Source: Eledone cirrhosa
Lineage: Eukaryota
Direction of reading: 5' to 3'
DNA length: 64,000 nucleotides
Assembly (NCBI GenBank): GCA_964016885.1
Contig: OZ024759.1
Location: 36,766,001 to 36,830,000 of the forward strand
Part shown: positions 22,493-37,800 of the stretch, piece after piece
Position numbering within the stretch: the stretch's first letter is position 1
Layout: each line of letters begins with the position of its first letter
Position numbers and translations under genes: made by a program
Notes under the pieces: model-generated
Database searches by the model: none
Seen by the model: the letters and a program-made list of their open reading frames with translations, nothing else
What the model was told of the DNA's origin: nothing

Positions 22493-24198
22493 AATATATA
22501 ATAGAGAAATGGATTCTACAAGAATAAAACTCATTAATATGAGGGGTATTAGTAGATTATATGCCATATTTAATACAGAAATGGCTTATAAAGAACTAGA
22601 ATTCATTAAATTGAAGGAAATAGTAGCGTATATGGAATATTTAATACAGAAATGGCTTCTACAAGACTAAAACTCATTAATATGAGGGGTACATTATATG
22701 CTATATTTAATACAGAAATGGCTTCTAATTGAAGAGAACTTTAATTCGATGGAAATATTAGTGTATATCCAATATTTAATACAGAAATGTCTTCTACAAC
22801 ACTAAAAGTAAGTACTATGAGGCGTATTACTAGTATATATGCCATATTTAATACGCAAATGGCTTCTAAATGAAGAGAACTCCTTAATTCGATGTAAATA
22901 GTAGTGTATATGCAATATTTAATACGGAAATGGATTCTACTACACTAAAACTCTTTAATATGAGGGTTATTAGTAGATTATATGCCATATTTAATACAGA
23001 AATGGCTTCTAAAGGACTGGAACTATTTAATTTGATGGAAATAGTAGTCTATATGCAATATTTAATACAGAAATACTTGTAATACCCCTCATATAAATGA
23101 GTTTTATTGTTGTAGAAGCCATTTCTGTATTAAATATTGTATATATACTACTGTAGTGACCTACATTCCGCGGGCTCACATACATTCTCTGTGCGTGATT
23201 TGGCTCAGCTCAGCCAATCAGCGCCAGTAGAAGAGGATGTATCCCTATGCGTCCTGAGGGAGAAATTACCCGCGAAGATTTGAAGAATCTCTCTCTCGCA
23301 CCAGGAACTTCGAACCAGCAACACGTACATGTGACGGTGACATATTGCACCCTAGCCTGCCGGCTTTCCGGCGCAATGGCACATTCCCTTTGTAACCTCA
23401 TTTTTATGTGTAACTTCAACCATACAAGTTAACCAACATTATTTGTGTTACAACAAAAATAAACATACTTTTCATCTCTAATTTCTGCTGTTGACATCAT
23501 TATTATGTTACTCGTGTCTCAATAACATTTATACACCATGCTGCTTAAACTACTATTTGATTCAAATTAAAGAGTTCTAGCCATTTCTCTATTAAATATA
23601 GCATATAATGTACTAATACTCCTCATATTAATGAATTTTAGTCTTGTAGAAGCCATTTCTCTTTTAAATTTTCCATATACGCTACTATTTTCTTCGATCT
23701 AATGAATTCTAGTTCATTATAAGCCATTTCTGTATTAAATATGGCATATTATCTACTAATACCCCTCATATTAATTAGTTTTAGTGCTGTAGAAGCCATT
23801 TCTGTATTAAATATGGCATATTATCTACTAATACCCCTCATATTAATTAGTTTTAGTGCTGTAGAAGCCATTTCTGTATTAAATATTGGATATACACTAA
23901 TATTTCCATCGAATTAGAAAGTTCTCTTCATTTAGAAGCCATTTGCGTATTAAATATGGCATATATACTACTAATACCCCTCATATTAATGAGTTTTAGT
24001 CTTGTAAAATCCATTTCTGTATTATATATTACATATACACTACTATTTCCATCAAATTAAGAAGTTCTCTTCATTTAGAAGCCATTTCCGTATTAAATAT
24101 TGCATATACACTACTATTTCCATCGAATTAAGGAGTTCTCTTCATTTAGAAGCCATTTGCGTATTAAATATGGCATATATACTAGTAGTACCCCTCAT
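22493..24198. repeat. Satellite A (71/72-bp monomers), + orientation to ~23073 then inverted
   Basis: 'atttaatacagaaatggcttcta' repeats, then its reverse complement 'tagaagccatttctgtattaaat'. Confidence 0.92.
23152..23553 (+). mobile_element. Solo-LTR-like insertion (~400 bp) in satellite A
   Basis: Starts TGTAGT and ends ACTAC. CCAAT at ~23214 and AATAAA at ~23458. Interrupts a satellite monomer at 'ctac|tattt'. Terminal CA and TSD are imperfect. Confidence 0.55.
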
Positions 24199-26165
24199 AT
24201 AAATGACTAAAGCGGCTTCATAATTTACTAAAATGCCTAAAACGTTATAATAGAAGACTAAAATGGCTAAAATCGCATCATAAATGACTAAAACGTCTTT
24301 ATAAATGACTAAAATGGTTAAAAAGTCATCATAAATTACTAAAACGTCAGCATAAATGACTAAAATGGCTGAAACGTCATTCATGAAGCCGTGTTAGCAA
24401 TTTAACGTTCATTTTAATCATTTATAATGCCGTTTTAGCCACTTTAGAGTCAATTTAGCCATTTATGATGCTGTTTTAGACATTTTAGTAATTTATGAAG
24501 CCGTTTTAGTCATTTTAGTCATTTAGTATATCTTCTTAGCCATTTTAGTCATTTATGATCACGTTTTAGTCATTTATGATGACATTTTAGTCATTTATGA
24601 TGACGTTTTAGGAATTTTAGACATTCATTATGCCGTGTTAGCAATTTAAAGTTCATTTTAATCATTTATGATGCCATTTTAGAGTCAATTTAGCCATTTA
24701 TGATGCCATTTTAGCCATTTTAGTCATTCATGATGACGTTTTAGCCATATTCAGTCATCGATGATGAGGTTTTAGCCAGATTAGAGCCATTTTAGTCATT
24801 TATGATGCCGTTTTAGCCTTTTTAGTCATTTATGATGACGTTTTAGCCATTTTAGTCATCAATGAAGCCGTTTTAGTCATTTATGATGCCGTTTTAACCA
24901 TTTTAGTCATTTATGATGACGTTTTAGTAATATATGATGACGTTTTAGCCACTTTAGTCATTTATGAAGACGTTTTAAACTAAAATGGCTGAAATGGCCT
25001 CATAAATGACTAACATGGCTTCATAAATGACTAAAATAGCTAAAACGTCATCATAAATGGCTAAAACGGCATCATAAATGATTAAAATGAACCTTAAATT
25101 GCTAACACGGCATCATGAATGATTAAAACATCATCATAAATGACTAAAATAGCTAAAATGGCCTCATAAATGACTACAATGGCTAAAATGGCATCATAAA
25201 TGACTAAAACGGCTTCATAAATGATTAAAATGAACCTTAAATTGCTAACACTGCATCATGAATGACTAAAATTCCTAAAACGTCATCATAAATGTCTAAA
25301 TCGTCATCATAAATGACTAAAACGGCATCATAAATGACTAAAACGGCTTCATAAGTGACTAAAATGGCTAAAACGTCATTATAAATGACTAGAATGTCAT
25401 CACAAATGACTAAAATGGCTAAAACCTCATCATAAACGACTACAATGGCTAAAATGGCATCATAAATAATAAAAACGGCTTCATAAATGACTAAAATGGC
25501 TAAAACGTCATAATAAAAGACTAAAATGGCTAAAACAGCATCATGAATAGCTAAATTGACTCTGAAATGGCTAAAACGGCATCATAAATGACTAAAATGT
25601 CTAAAACGTCATCATAAATGACTAAAATGGTTAAAACGGCATTATAAATAATTAATATGAACCTTAAATTGGTAACACGGCATCATGAATGACTAAAATT
25701 CCTAAAACGTCCTCATAAATGTCTAAAACGTCATCATAAATGACGAAAAAGGCTACAGCGGCATCATAAATGACTAAATTAGCTAAAACGGCATCATAAA
25801 TGACTAAAATGGCTTCATAAATGACTAAAGCGTCATCATAAATAAATAAAATGCCATCATAAATGACTAAAATGACTAAAACGGCGTCATATTTCACTAG
25901 AATGGCTAAAATTGCATCGTAAATGACTAAAACGTCATCATAAATGACTAAAAAGGCTAAAACGGCATCATAAATGATGAAAATGGCTAAAATTGCATCA
26001 TAAATGACTAAAACGTCAACATGAATGACTAAAATGGCTAAAACGGGATCATGTATGGCTAAATTGACTCTAAAATGGCTAAAACGGCATCATAAATGAT
26101 TAAAATTAACCTTAAATTGCTAACACGGCATCATGAATGACTAAAATTTCTAAAACGTCATCAGA
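24199..26165. repeat. Satellite B (21/30-bp units) in alternating -,+,- orientation
   Basis: 'atgatgccgttttagccattttagtcattt' and its reverse complement; switches near 24385 and 24978. Confidence 0.92.
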
Positions 26166-26179
26166 AATCGCTTAAAAAA

Positions 26180-26550
26180 AAACTAGAATTCTTTAATATG
26201 AGGGGTATTAGTAGATTATATGCCATATTTAATACTGAATTGGCTTCTAATTGAAGAGAACTCTTTAATTCGATGGAAATATTAGTGTACATCCAATATT
26301 TAATACAGAAATGGCTTCTACAGCATTAAAACGAATTAATATGAGCGGTATTAGTAGATTATATGCCATATTTAATACAGAAATGGCTTATAAAGAACTA
26401 GAATTCATTAAATTGAAGGAAATAGTAGTGTATATGGAATATTTAATACAGAAATTGCTTCTACAAGACTAAAACTCATTAATATGAGGGGTATTAGTAC
26501 ATTATATGCTATATTTAATAGAGAAATGGCTTCTAAAGGACTAGAACTCA
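26180..26550 (+). repeat. Short satellite A block
   Basis: About five 71/72-bp monomers; shares variant 'gcttataaagaactagaattcattaaattgaagg' with 22580-22620. Confidence 0.9.
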
Positions 26551-28890
26551 TTTTTGATGACATTTTAGCCATTTTGGTCATTTATGAAGGCGTTTTAGTC
26601 ATTTATAATGCCGTGTTAGCAATTTAAGATTCATTGTAATCATTTATGATGCCGTTTTAGCCATTTTAGACATTTATGAAGCCGTTTTTGTCATTTATGA
26701 TCCCATTTTAGCCATTTTAGTCATTTATGAAGCCGTTTTTGTCATTTATGATGACATTTTAGCTATTTTAGTCATTTATAATGCAGTTTTAGCCTTTTTA
26801 GTCATTTATGATGACGTTTTAGCCATTTTAATCATTTATGATGACGTTTTAGTAATTTATGATGACGATTTAGGAATTTTAGACATTCATCATGCCGTGT
26901 TAGCAATTTAAACTCATTTTAATCATTTATGATGCCGTTTTAGACATTTTAGAGACAATTAAGTCATTTATGATGCCATTTTAGCCATAGTAGTCATTTC
27001 TGATGACATTCTAGCCATTTGAGTAATTTATGATGCCGTTTTAGTCTTTTATGATGCCATTTTAGCCATTTTAGTCATTTATGATGCCGTTTTAGCCATT
27101 CTAGTCATTTATAATGACGTTTTAGCCATTTTAGTCGTTTATGAAGCCGTTTTAGTCATGTATGATGCCATTTTAGCCATTTTATTCATTTATGAAGCCG
27201 TTTTAGTAATTTATGAGGCCATTTTAGCCATTTTAGTTCTTTATTATGCCGTTTTAGTCACTTTAGTCATTTATGATGCCGTTTTAGCCACTTTAGTCAT
27301 TTATGATGACGTTTTAGTCATTTATGGTGATGTTTAACCATTTTAGTCATTTATGAAGCCGTTTTAGTCATTTATGAGGCTATTTTAGCTATTTTAGTCA
27401 TTTATGATGCCGTTTTAGCTTTTTTAGTCATTTATGATGACATTTTAGCCATTTTAGTCGTTTATGATGCCATTTTAGCTATTTTAGTCATTTATGATGC
27501 CATTTTAGCTATTTTAGTCATTTATGATGCCGTTTTAACCATTTTAGTCATTTATGAAGCTATTTTAGTCATTTATGAGGCTATTTTAGCTATTTTAGTC
27601 ATTCATGAGGACATTTTAGCTATTTAATCATTTATGATGACGTTTTAGCCATTTTAGTCATTTATGAAGGCGTTTTAGTCATTTATGATACCGTGTTAGC
27701 AATTTTAGGTTCATTTTAATCATTTATGATGCCGTTTTAGTCATTTCAGAGTCAATTTAGCCATTCATGATGCCGTTCTAGCCATAGTATTGATTTATGT
27801 TGACGTGTAAGTCATTTATGATGACGTTTTAACCATTTTAGTAATTTATGAAGCTGTTTTAGTCATTTATGATGCTATTTTAGCCATTGTAGTCATTTAT
27901 GAGGCCATTTTAGTCATTTATGATGACGTTTTACTCATTTATGATGACGTTTCAGCCATTTTAGTCATCTATGAAGCCGTTTTTGTCATTTATGATGCCA
28001 TTTAAGCCATTTTAGACCTTTATGATGCCATTTTAGCCACTTAGTCATTTATGATGACGTTTTAGTCATTTATGATGGCGTTTTAACCATTTTAGTCATT
28101 TATGATGACATTTTAGCCATTTTAGTCATTTATGATGCCCTTTTAGCCTTTTTAGTCATTTATGTTGACGTTTAAGTCATTTATGATGACGTTTTAGCCA
28201 TTTTAGTCAAATATGAGATGATTTTAGCCATTTTACTCATTTATGATGACGATTTAATCATTTATGATGACGTTTGAGCCAGTTTAGTCATTTATGATGC
28301 CATTTTAGATATATTAGTCATTTATGATGCCATTTTAGCCATTTCAGTCATTTATGATGCCATTTTAGCTATTTTAGTCCTTTATGATGCCGTTTTAGCC
28401 ATTTTAGTCATTTATAAAGCCATTTTAGCTATTATAGTTATTTATGGTGACTTTTTGGCCATTTTAGTCATTTATGAAGCTGTTTTTGCAATTTAAGGTT
28501 CATTTTATTCATTTATGATGCTGTTTTAGCCATTTTAGAGACAATTTAGCCATGTATGATGCCGTTTTAGTCATAGTAGCCATTTATGTTGAGGTTTTAA
28601 CCATTTTAGTCATTTATGAAGCCATTTTAGTCATTTATGATGTTATTTTAGCCATTTTAGTCATTTATGAGGCAATTTTAGCCATTTTAGTCATTTATGA
28701 TGACGTTTTAGCCATTTTAGTCATTTATGAAGCCGTTTTTGTCATTTATGATGTCATTTTAGCCATTTTATTGATTTATGAAGCCGTTTTAGTCATTTAA
28801 GACGGCATTTTAGTTATTTTAGTAATTTATGATGCCGTTTTAGCCTTTTTAGTCATTTATGATGCCATTTTAGTCATTTTAGTCATTTAT
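26551..28890 (+). repeat. Satellite B array (21/30-bp units)
   Basis: Tandem units directly visible. Confidence 0.93.
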
Positions 28891-31800
28891 GATCGTTTAT
28901 TCGATGGAAATAGTAGTGTATATGCAATATTTAATACAGAAATGGCTTCTAAATGCAGAAAACTCATTAATTCGATGGAAATCGCTTCTACAGGACTAAA
29001 CCTCATTAATATGAGGGGTATTAGTAGAGTATATGCCATATTTAATACAGAAATGGCTTCTAAAGGACTAATACTCATCAATATGAGTGGTATTAGTAGA
29101 TTATAAGCCATATTTAATACAGAAATGGTTTATAAATGCAGAAAACTCATTTATTCAATGGAAATAGTAGTGTATATCCAATACTTAATACAGATATGGC
29201 TTCTACAGGACTAAAACTCATTAATATGAGGGGTATTAGTAAATTATATGCCATATATAATACAGAAATGGGTTCTAAAGGACTAGAATTCTTTAATTCC
29301 AATCAAATAGTAGTGTATATGCAATAATTAATGCAGAAATGGCTTCTACAAGAGTAAAGCTCATTAATATTAGGGGTATTATTAGATTATATGCCATATT
29401 TAATAAGGAAATGTCTTCTAAATGCAGGGAACTCATTACTTCGATGGAAATTGTAGTGTATTTGCAATATTTAATACAGATATGGCTTTTACAGGACTAA
29501 AACTCTTTAATTCCAATCAAATAGTAGTGTATATGCAATATTTAAAAGAAATATGGCTTCTACAGGAATAAAACTTATTAATATGAGGGGTATTAGTAGA
29601 GTATATGCCATATTTAATACAGAAATGGCTTCTAAATGCAGAGAACTCATTTATTAGATGGAAATAGTAGTGTATAAGCAATATTTAATACAGATATGGC
29701 TTCTAAATGCAGGGAACTCATTAATTCGATGGAAATAGTAGTGTATATGCAATATTTAATACAGAAATGGCTTCTACAGGACTAAACCTCATTAATATGA
29801 GGGGTATTAGTAGAGTATATGCCATATTTAATACAGAAATGGCTCCTAAATGCAGAACACTCATTTATTCGATGGAAATAGTAGTGTATAAGCAATATTT
29901 AATACAGATATGGCTTCTACAGGACTAAAACACATTAATATGAGGGTTATTAGTAAATTATATGCAATATTTAATACAGAAATGGCTTCTAAATGCAAGG
30001 AACTCATTTATTCAATGGAAATAGTTGTGTATATCCAATATTTAACACAGATATGGCTTCTACAAGACTAAAACTCATTAATATGAGGCGTATTAGTAGA
30101 TTATATGCCATATTTAATACAGAAATGGGTTCTAAAGGACTAGAACTCTTTAATTCCAATCAAATAGTCGTGTATATGCAATAATTAATGCAGAAATGGC
30201 TTCTACAAGTGTAAAACTTATTAATATGAGGGGTATTTGTAGATTATATGCCATATTTAATATGGAAATGGCTTCTAAATGCAGGGAACTCATTAATTCG
30301 ATGGAAATAGTAGTGTATATGCAATATTTAATACAGAAATGGCTTCTACAGGACTAAAACTCACTAATATGAGGGGTATTAGTAGATTATATGCCATATT
30401 TAATACAGAAATGGGTTCTAAAGGACTTGAACTCTTGAATTCCAATCAAATAGAAGTGTATATGCAAGAATTAATGCAGAAATGGCTTCTACAAGAGTAA
30501 AGCTCATTAATATGAGGGGTATTATTAGATTATATGCCATATTTAATAAGGAAATATCTTCTAAATGCAGGGAAACTCATTACTTCGATGGAAATTGTAG
30601 TGTATTTGCAATATTTAACACAGATACGGCTTCTACAGGACTAAAACTCTTTAATTCCAATCAAATAGTAGTGTATATGCAATATTTAATAGAAATATGG
30701 CTTCTACAGGACTCAAATTCATTAATATGAGGGGTATTAGTAGAGTATATGCCATATTTAATACAGAAATGGCTTCTAAATGTAGAGAACTCAATTATTC
30801 AATGGAAATAGTAGTGTATATCCAATATTTAATAGAGAAATGGCTTCTACAGGAATAATACTCATTAATATGAGGGGTATTAGTAGATTATATGCCATAT
30901 TTAATATGGAAATGGCTTCTAAATGCAGGAAACTCATTAATTCGATTGAAATAGTAGTGTATATGCAATATTTAATACAGAAATAGCTTCTACAGGACTA
31001 AAACTCACTAATATGAGGGTATTTGTTGAATATATGCCATATTTAATACAGAAATGGCTTCTAAATGCAGAAAACTCATTTATTCGATGGAAATGGCTTC
31101 TACAGGACTAAACCTCATTAATATGAGGGGTATTAGTAGAGTATATGCCATATTTAATACAGAAATGGCTTCTAAAGTACTAATACTCATCAATATGAGT
31201 GGTATTAGTAGATTATAGGCCATATTTAATACAGAAATGGTTTCTACAGGACTAAAACTCTTTAATTCCAATCAAATAGTAGTGTATATGCAATATTTAA
31301 TACAGATATGGCTTCTAAACGACTAAACCTCATTAATATGAGGGGTATTAGTAGAGTATATGCCATATTTAATACAGAAATGGCTTCTACAGGACTAATA
31401 CTCGTCAATATGAGTGGTATGAGTAGAATATATACCATATTTAATACAGAAATGGCTTCTAAATGCAGGAAAACTCATTTATACGATGGAAATAGTAATG
31501 TATATGCAATATTTAATACAGATATGGTTTCTACAGGACTAAAACTCTTTAATTGAAATCAAATATTAGTGTATATGCATTAATTAATGCAGAAATAGCT
31601 ACTACAACAGTAAAACTCATTATTATGAGGTGTGTTAGTAGAGTATATGCCATATTTAATACAGAATTGCTTCTAAATGCAGAGAACCTATTTATTCGAT
31701 GGGAATAGTAGTGTATATGCAATATTTAATACAGAAATGGCTTCTACAGTACTAATACTCATTAATATGAGGGGTATTAGTAGATTATATACAATATTTA

Positions 31801-34800
31801 ATATGAAAATGGCTTCTAAATGCAGGGAACTCATTAATTCGATGGAAATAGTAGTGTATATACAATATTTAATACAGAAATGGCTTCTACAGGACTAAAA
31901 CTCACTAATATGAGGGGTATTAGTAGATTATATGCAATATTTAATACAGAAATGGCTTCTTAATGCAGGGAACTCATGTATTCAATGGAAATAGTAGTGT
32001 ATATCCAATATTTAATACAGATATGGCTTCTACAAGACTAAAACTCATTAATATGAGGTGTATTAGTAGATTATATGCCATATTTAATACAGAAATGGGT
32101 TCTAAAGGACTAGAACTCTTTAATTCCAATCAAATAATAGTGTATATGCAATAATTAATGAAGAAATGGCTTCTACAAGAGTAAAGCTCATTAATATGAG
32201 GGGTATTATTAGATTATATGCCATATTTAATAAGGAAATGTCTTCTAAATGCAGGGAACTCATTACTTCGATGGAAATTGTAGTGTATTTGCAATATTTA
32301 ATATATATATGGCTTCTACAGGACTAAAACTCTTTAATTCCAATCAGATAGTAGTGTATATGCAATATTTAATAGAAATATGGCTTCCACAGGACTAAAA
32401 CTCATTAATATGAGGGGTATTAGTAGAGTATATGCCATATTTAATACAGAAATGGCTTCTAAATGCAGAGAACTCATTGATTCGATGGAAATAGTAGTGT
32501 ATATCCAATATTTAATACAGAAATGGCTTCTACAGGACTAATACTCATTAATATGAGGGGTATTAGTAGATTATATGCCATATTTAATATGGAAATCGCT
32601 TCTAAATGCGGGAAACTCATTAATTCGATTGAAATAGTAGTGTATATGCAATATTTAATAGAGAAATAGCTTCTACAGGACTAAATTTCACTAATATGAG
32701 GGGTATTAGTTGAATATATGCCATATTTAATACAGAAATGGCTTCTAAATGCAGAAAACTCATTTATTTGATGGAAATGGCTTCTACAGGACTAAACCTC
32801 ATTGAAATGAGGGGTATTAGTAGAGTATATGCCATATTTAATACAGAAATGGCTTCTAAACGACTAATACTCATTAATATGATGGGTATTAGTAGATTAT
32901 ATACCATATTTAATACAGAAATAGTTTCTAAATGCAGAAAACTCATTTATTCGATGGAAATAGTAGTTTATATGCAATATTTAATACAGATATGGTTTCT
33001 ACAGGACTAAAACTCTTTAATTCCAATCAAATAGTAGTGTATATGCAATATTTAATACAGATATGGCTTCTACAGGAATAAAACTCATTAATATGATGTG
33101 TATTAGTAGAGTATATGCTATATTTAATAGAGAAATGGCTTCTAAATGAAGAGAACTCAATTATTCGATGGAAATAGTAGTGTATATCCAATATTTAATA
33201 CAGAAATGGGTTCTAAAGGACTAGAACTCTTTAATTCCAATCAAATAGTAGTGTATATGCAATAATTAATGCAGAAATGGCTTCTACAAGAGTAAAACTC
33301 ATTAATATGAGGGGTATTAGTAGAGTATATGCCATATTTAATATGGAAATGGCTTCTAAATGCAGTGAACTTATTTATTCGATGGAAATAGTAATGTATA
33401 TCCAATATTTAATACAGAAATGGTTTCTACAGGACTAATACTCATCAATATGAGTGGTATTAGTAGATTATATGCCATAGTCAATACAGAAATGGCTTCT
33501 AAATGCAGAAAACTCATTTATTCGAAGGAAATAGTAGTGTATAGTCAATATTTAATACAGAAATGGCTTCTACAGGACTAAACCTCATTAATATGAAGGG
33601 TATTAGTAGAATATATGCCATATTTAATACAGAAATGGTTTCTAAATGATGAAAACTCATTTATTCGATGGAAATAGTAGTTTATATGCAATATTTAATA
33701 CAGATATGGTTTCTACAGGACTATAACTCTTTAATTCCAATCAAATAGTAGTGCATATGCAATATTTAATAGCGATATGGCTTCTACAGCACTAAAACTC
33801 ATTGATATGAGGGTATTAGTAGAGTATATGCCATATTTAATACAGAAATGGCTTCTAAATGCAGAGAACTCATTTATTCGATGGAAATACTAGTGTATAT
33901 GCAATAATTAATGCAGAAATAGCTTCTACAAGAGTAAAACTCATTAAAATGAGGGGTATTAGTAGATTATATGCCATATTTAATACAGAAAGGGCTCCTA
34001 AATATAGAAAACTCATTTATTCGATGGAAATAGTAGTGTATATCCAATATTTAATATAGATATGGCTTCTACAGGACTTCAACTCATTAATATGAGGGGT
34101 ATTAGTAGATTATATGCAATATTTAATACAGAAATCGCTTCTAAATGACTAGAATTCTTTAATTCCAATCAAATAGTAGTGTATAAGCAATAATTAATGC
34201 AGAAATGGTTTCTACAAGTGTAAAACTTATTAATATGAGGGGTATTAGTAGATTATATGCCATATTTAATATGGAAATGGCTTCTAAATGCAGGAAACTC
34301 ATTAATTCGATGGAAATAGTAGTGTATATGCAATATTTAATACAGAAATAGCTTCTACAGGACAAAAGCTCATCAATATGAGGTGTATTATTAAAGTATA
34401 TGCCATATTTAATACAGAATTGTCTTCTAAATGCAGAAAACTCATTTATTCGAAGGAAATAGTAGTGTATATGCAATATTTAATACAGATATGGCTTCTA
34501 CAGGACTAAAACACACTAATATGAGGGGTATTAGTAGATTATATGGTATATTTAATACAGAATTGGGTTCTAAAGGAGTTGAACTCTTGAATTCCAATAA
34601 AATAGTAGTGTATATGCAAGAATTAATGCAGAAATTGCTTCTACATGCGTAAAACTCATTAACATAAGGGGTATTAGTAGATTATATGACATATTTAATA
34701 TGGAAATGGCTTCTAAATGCATGGAACTCATTAATTCCATGGAAATAGTAGTGTATATGCAATATTTAATACAGAAATGGCTTCTACAGGACTAAACCTC

Positions 34801-37800
34801 ATTAATATGAAGGGTATTAGTAGAGCATATGCCATATTTAATACAGAAATGGCTTCTACAGGACTAATACTCATCAATATGAGTGGTATTAGTAGAATAT
34901 ATGCCATATTTAATACAGAAATGGCTTCTAAATGCAGAAAACTCATTTATTCGATGGAAATGGCTTCTACAGGACTAAACCTCATTAATATGAGGGGTAT
35001 TAGTAGAGTATATGCCATATTTAATACAGAAATGGCTTCTACAGGACTAATACTCATCAATATGAGTGGTATTAGTAGATTATATGCCATATTTAATACA
35101 GAAATGGTTTCTACAGGACTAAAACTCTTTAATTCCAATCAAATAGTAGTGTATATGCAATATTTAATACAAATATGGCTTCTACAGGACTAAAACTCAT
35201 TAATATGAGGGTTATTAGTAGATTATAGACAATATTTAATACAGAAATGGGTTCTAAAGGACTAGAACTTTATAATTCCAATCAAATAGTCGTGTATATG
35301 CAATAATTAATGCAGAAATGGCTTCTACAAGTGTAAAACTTATTAATATGAGGGGTATTAGTAAATTATATGCCATATTTAATATGGAAATGGCTTCTAA
35401 ATGCAGGAAACTCATTAGTTCGATGGAAATAGTATTGTATATGCCATATTTAATAGAGAAATGGCTTCTATAGGACTAATACTCATCAATATGAGTTGTA
35501 TTAGTAGAATATATGCCATATTTAATACAGAAATGGCTTCTAAATGCAGAAAACTCATTTACTCGATGGAAATGGCTTCTACAGGATTAAACCTCATTAA
35601 TATGAGGGGTATTAGTGGAGTATATGCCATATTTAATACAGAAATGGCTTCTAAAGGACTAATACTCATCAACATGAGTGGTATTAGTAGATTATATGCC
35701 ATATTTTATATGGAAATGGCTTCTAAGTGCAGGAAACTCATTAATTCAATTGAAATAGTAGTGTATATGCAAGAATTAATGCAGAAATTGCTTCTACAAG
35801 AGTAAATCTCATTAACATAAGGGGTATTAGTAGATTATATGCTATATTTAATATAGAAATTGCTTCTAAATGCATGGAACTCATTAATTACATAGAAATA
35901 GTAGTGTATATGCAATATTTAATACAGAAATGGCTTCTACAGGACTAAAACTCTTTAATTCCAATCAAATAGTAGTGTATATGCAATATTTAATACAGAT
36001 ATGGCTTCTACAGGACTAAAACTCATAAATATGAGGGGTATTAGTAGAGTATATGCCATATTTAATACAGAAATGGCTTCTAAATGCAGAGAACTCATTT
36101 ATTCGATGGAAATAGTAGTGTATATCCAATATTTAATGCAGAAATGGGTTCTAAAGGACTAGAACACTTTAATTCCAATCAAATAGTAGTGTATATGCAA
36201 TAATTAATGCAGAAATGGCTTCTACAATAGTAAAACTCATTAATATGAGGGGTATTAGTAGAGTATATGCCATATTTAATACAGAAATGGCTTCGAAATG
36301 AAGAGAACTCATTTATTAGATGGAAGTAGTAGTGTATATCCAATATTTAATACAGAAATGGCTTCTACAGGACTAATACACATCAATATGAGTGGTATTA
36401 GTAGATTATATGCAATATTTAATAAAAAAAGAGCTCCTAAATGCAGAAAACTCATTTATTCGATGGAAATAGTAGTGTATAAGCAATATTTAATACAGAT
36501 ATGGCTTCTACAGGACTAAAACACATTAATATGTGGTGTATTAGTAGATTATACGCAATATTTAATACAGAAATGGGTTCTAAATGACTAGAATTCTTTA
36601 ATTCCAATCAAATAGTAGTGTATAAGCAATAATTAATGCAGAAATGGTTTCTACAAGTGTAAAACTTATTAATATGAGGGGTATTAGTAGATTATAGGCC
36701 ATATTTAATATGGAAATGGCTTCTAAATGCAGGAAACTCATTAATTCGATGGAAATAGTAGTGTATATGCAATATTTAATACAGAAATAGCTTCTACAGG
36801 ACAAAAGCTCATCAATATGAGGTGTATTATTAAAGTATATGCCATATTTAATACAGAATTGTCTTCTAAATGCAGAAAACTCATTTATTCGAAGGAAATA
36901 GTAGTGTATATGCAATATTTAATACAGATATGGCTTCTACAGGACTAAAACACACTAACATGAGGGGTATTAGTAGATTATATGGTATATTTAATACAGA
37001 AATGGGTTCTAAAGGACATGAACTCATGAATTCCAATAAAATAGTAGTGTATATGCAAGAATTAATGCAGAAATTGCTTCTACAAGAGTAAATCTCATTA
37101 ACATAAGGGGTATTAGTAGATTATATGCTATATTTAATATAGAAATTGCTTCTACAAGAGTAAATCTCATTAACATAAGGGGTATTAGTAGATTATATGC
37201 TATATTTAATATAGAAATTGCTTCTAAATGCATGGAACTCATTAATTACATAGAAATAGTAGTGTATATGCAATATTTAATACAGAAATGGCTTCTACAG
37301 GACTAAAACTCTTTAATTCCAATCAAATAGTAGTGTATATGCAATATTTAATACAGATATGGCTTCTACAGGACTAAAACTCATAAATATGAGGGGTATT
37401 AGTAGAGTATATGCTATATTTAATACAGAAATGGCTTCTAAATGCAGAGAACTCATTTATTCGATGGAAATAGTAGTGTATATCCAATATTTAATGCAGA
37501 AATGGGTTCTAAAGGACTAGAACTCTTTAATTCCAATCAAATAGTAGTGTATATGCAATAATTAATGCAGAAATGGCTTCTACAATAGTAAAACTCATTA
37601 ATATGAGGGGTATTAGTAGAGTATATGCCATATTTAATACAGAAATGGCTTCGAAATGAAGAGAACTCATTTATTCGATGGAAGTAGTAGTGTATATCCA
37701 ATATTTAATACAGAAATGGCTTCTACAGGACTAATACACATCAATATGAGTGGTATTATTAGATTATATGCCATATTTAATACAGAAATGGCTTTAAATG

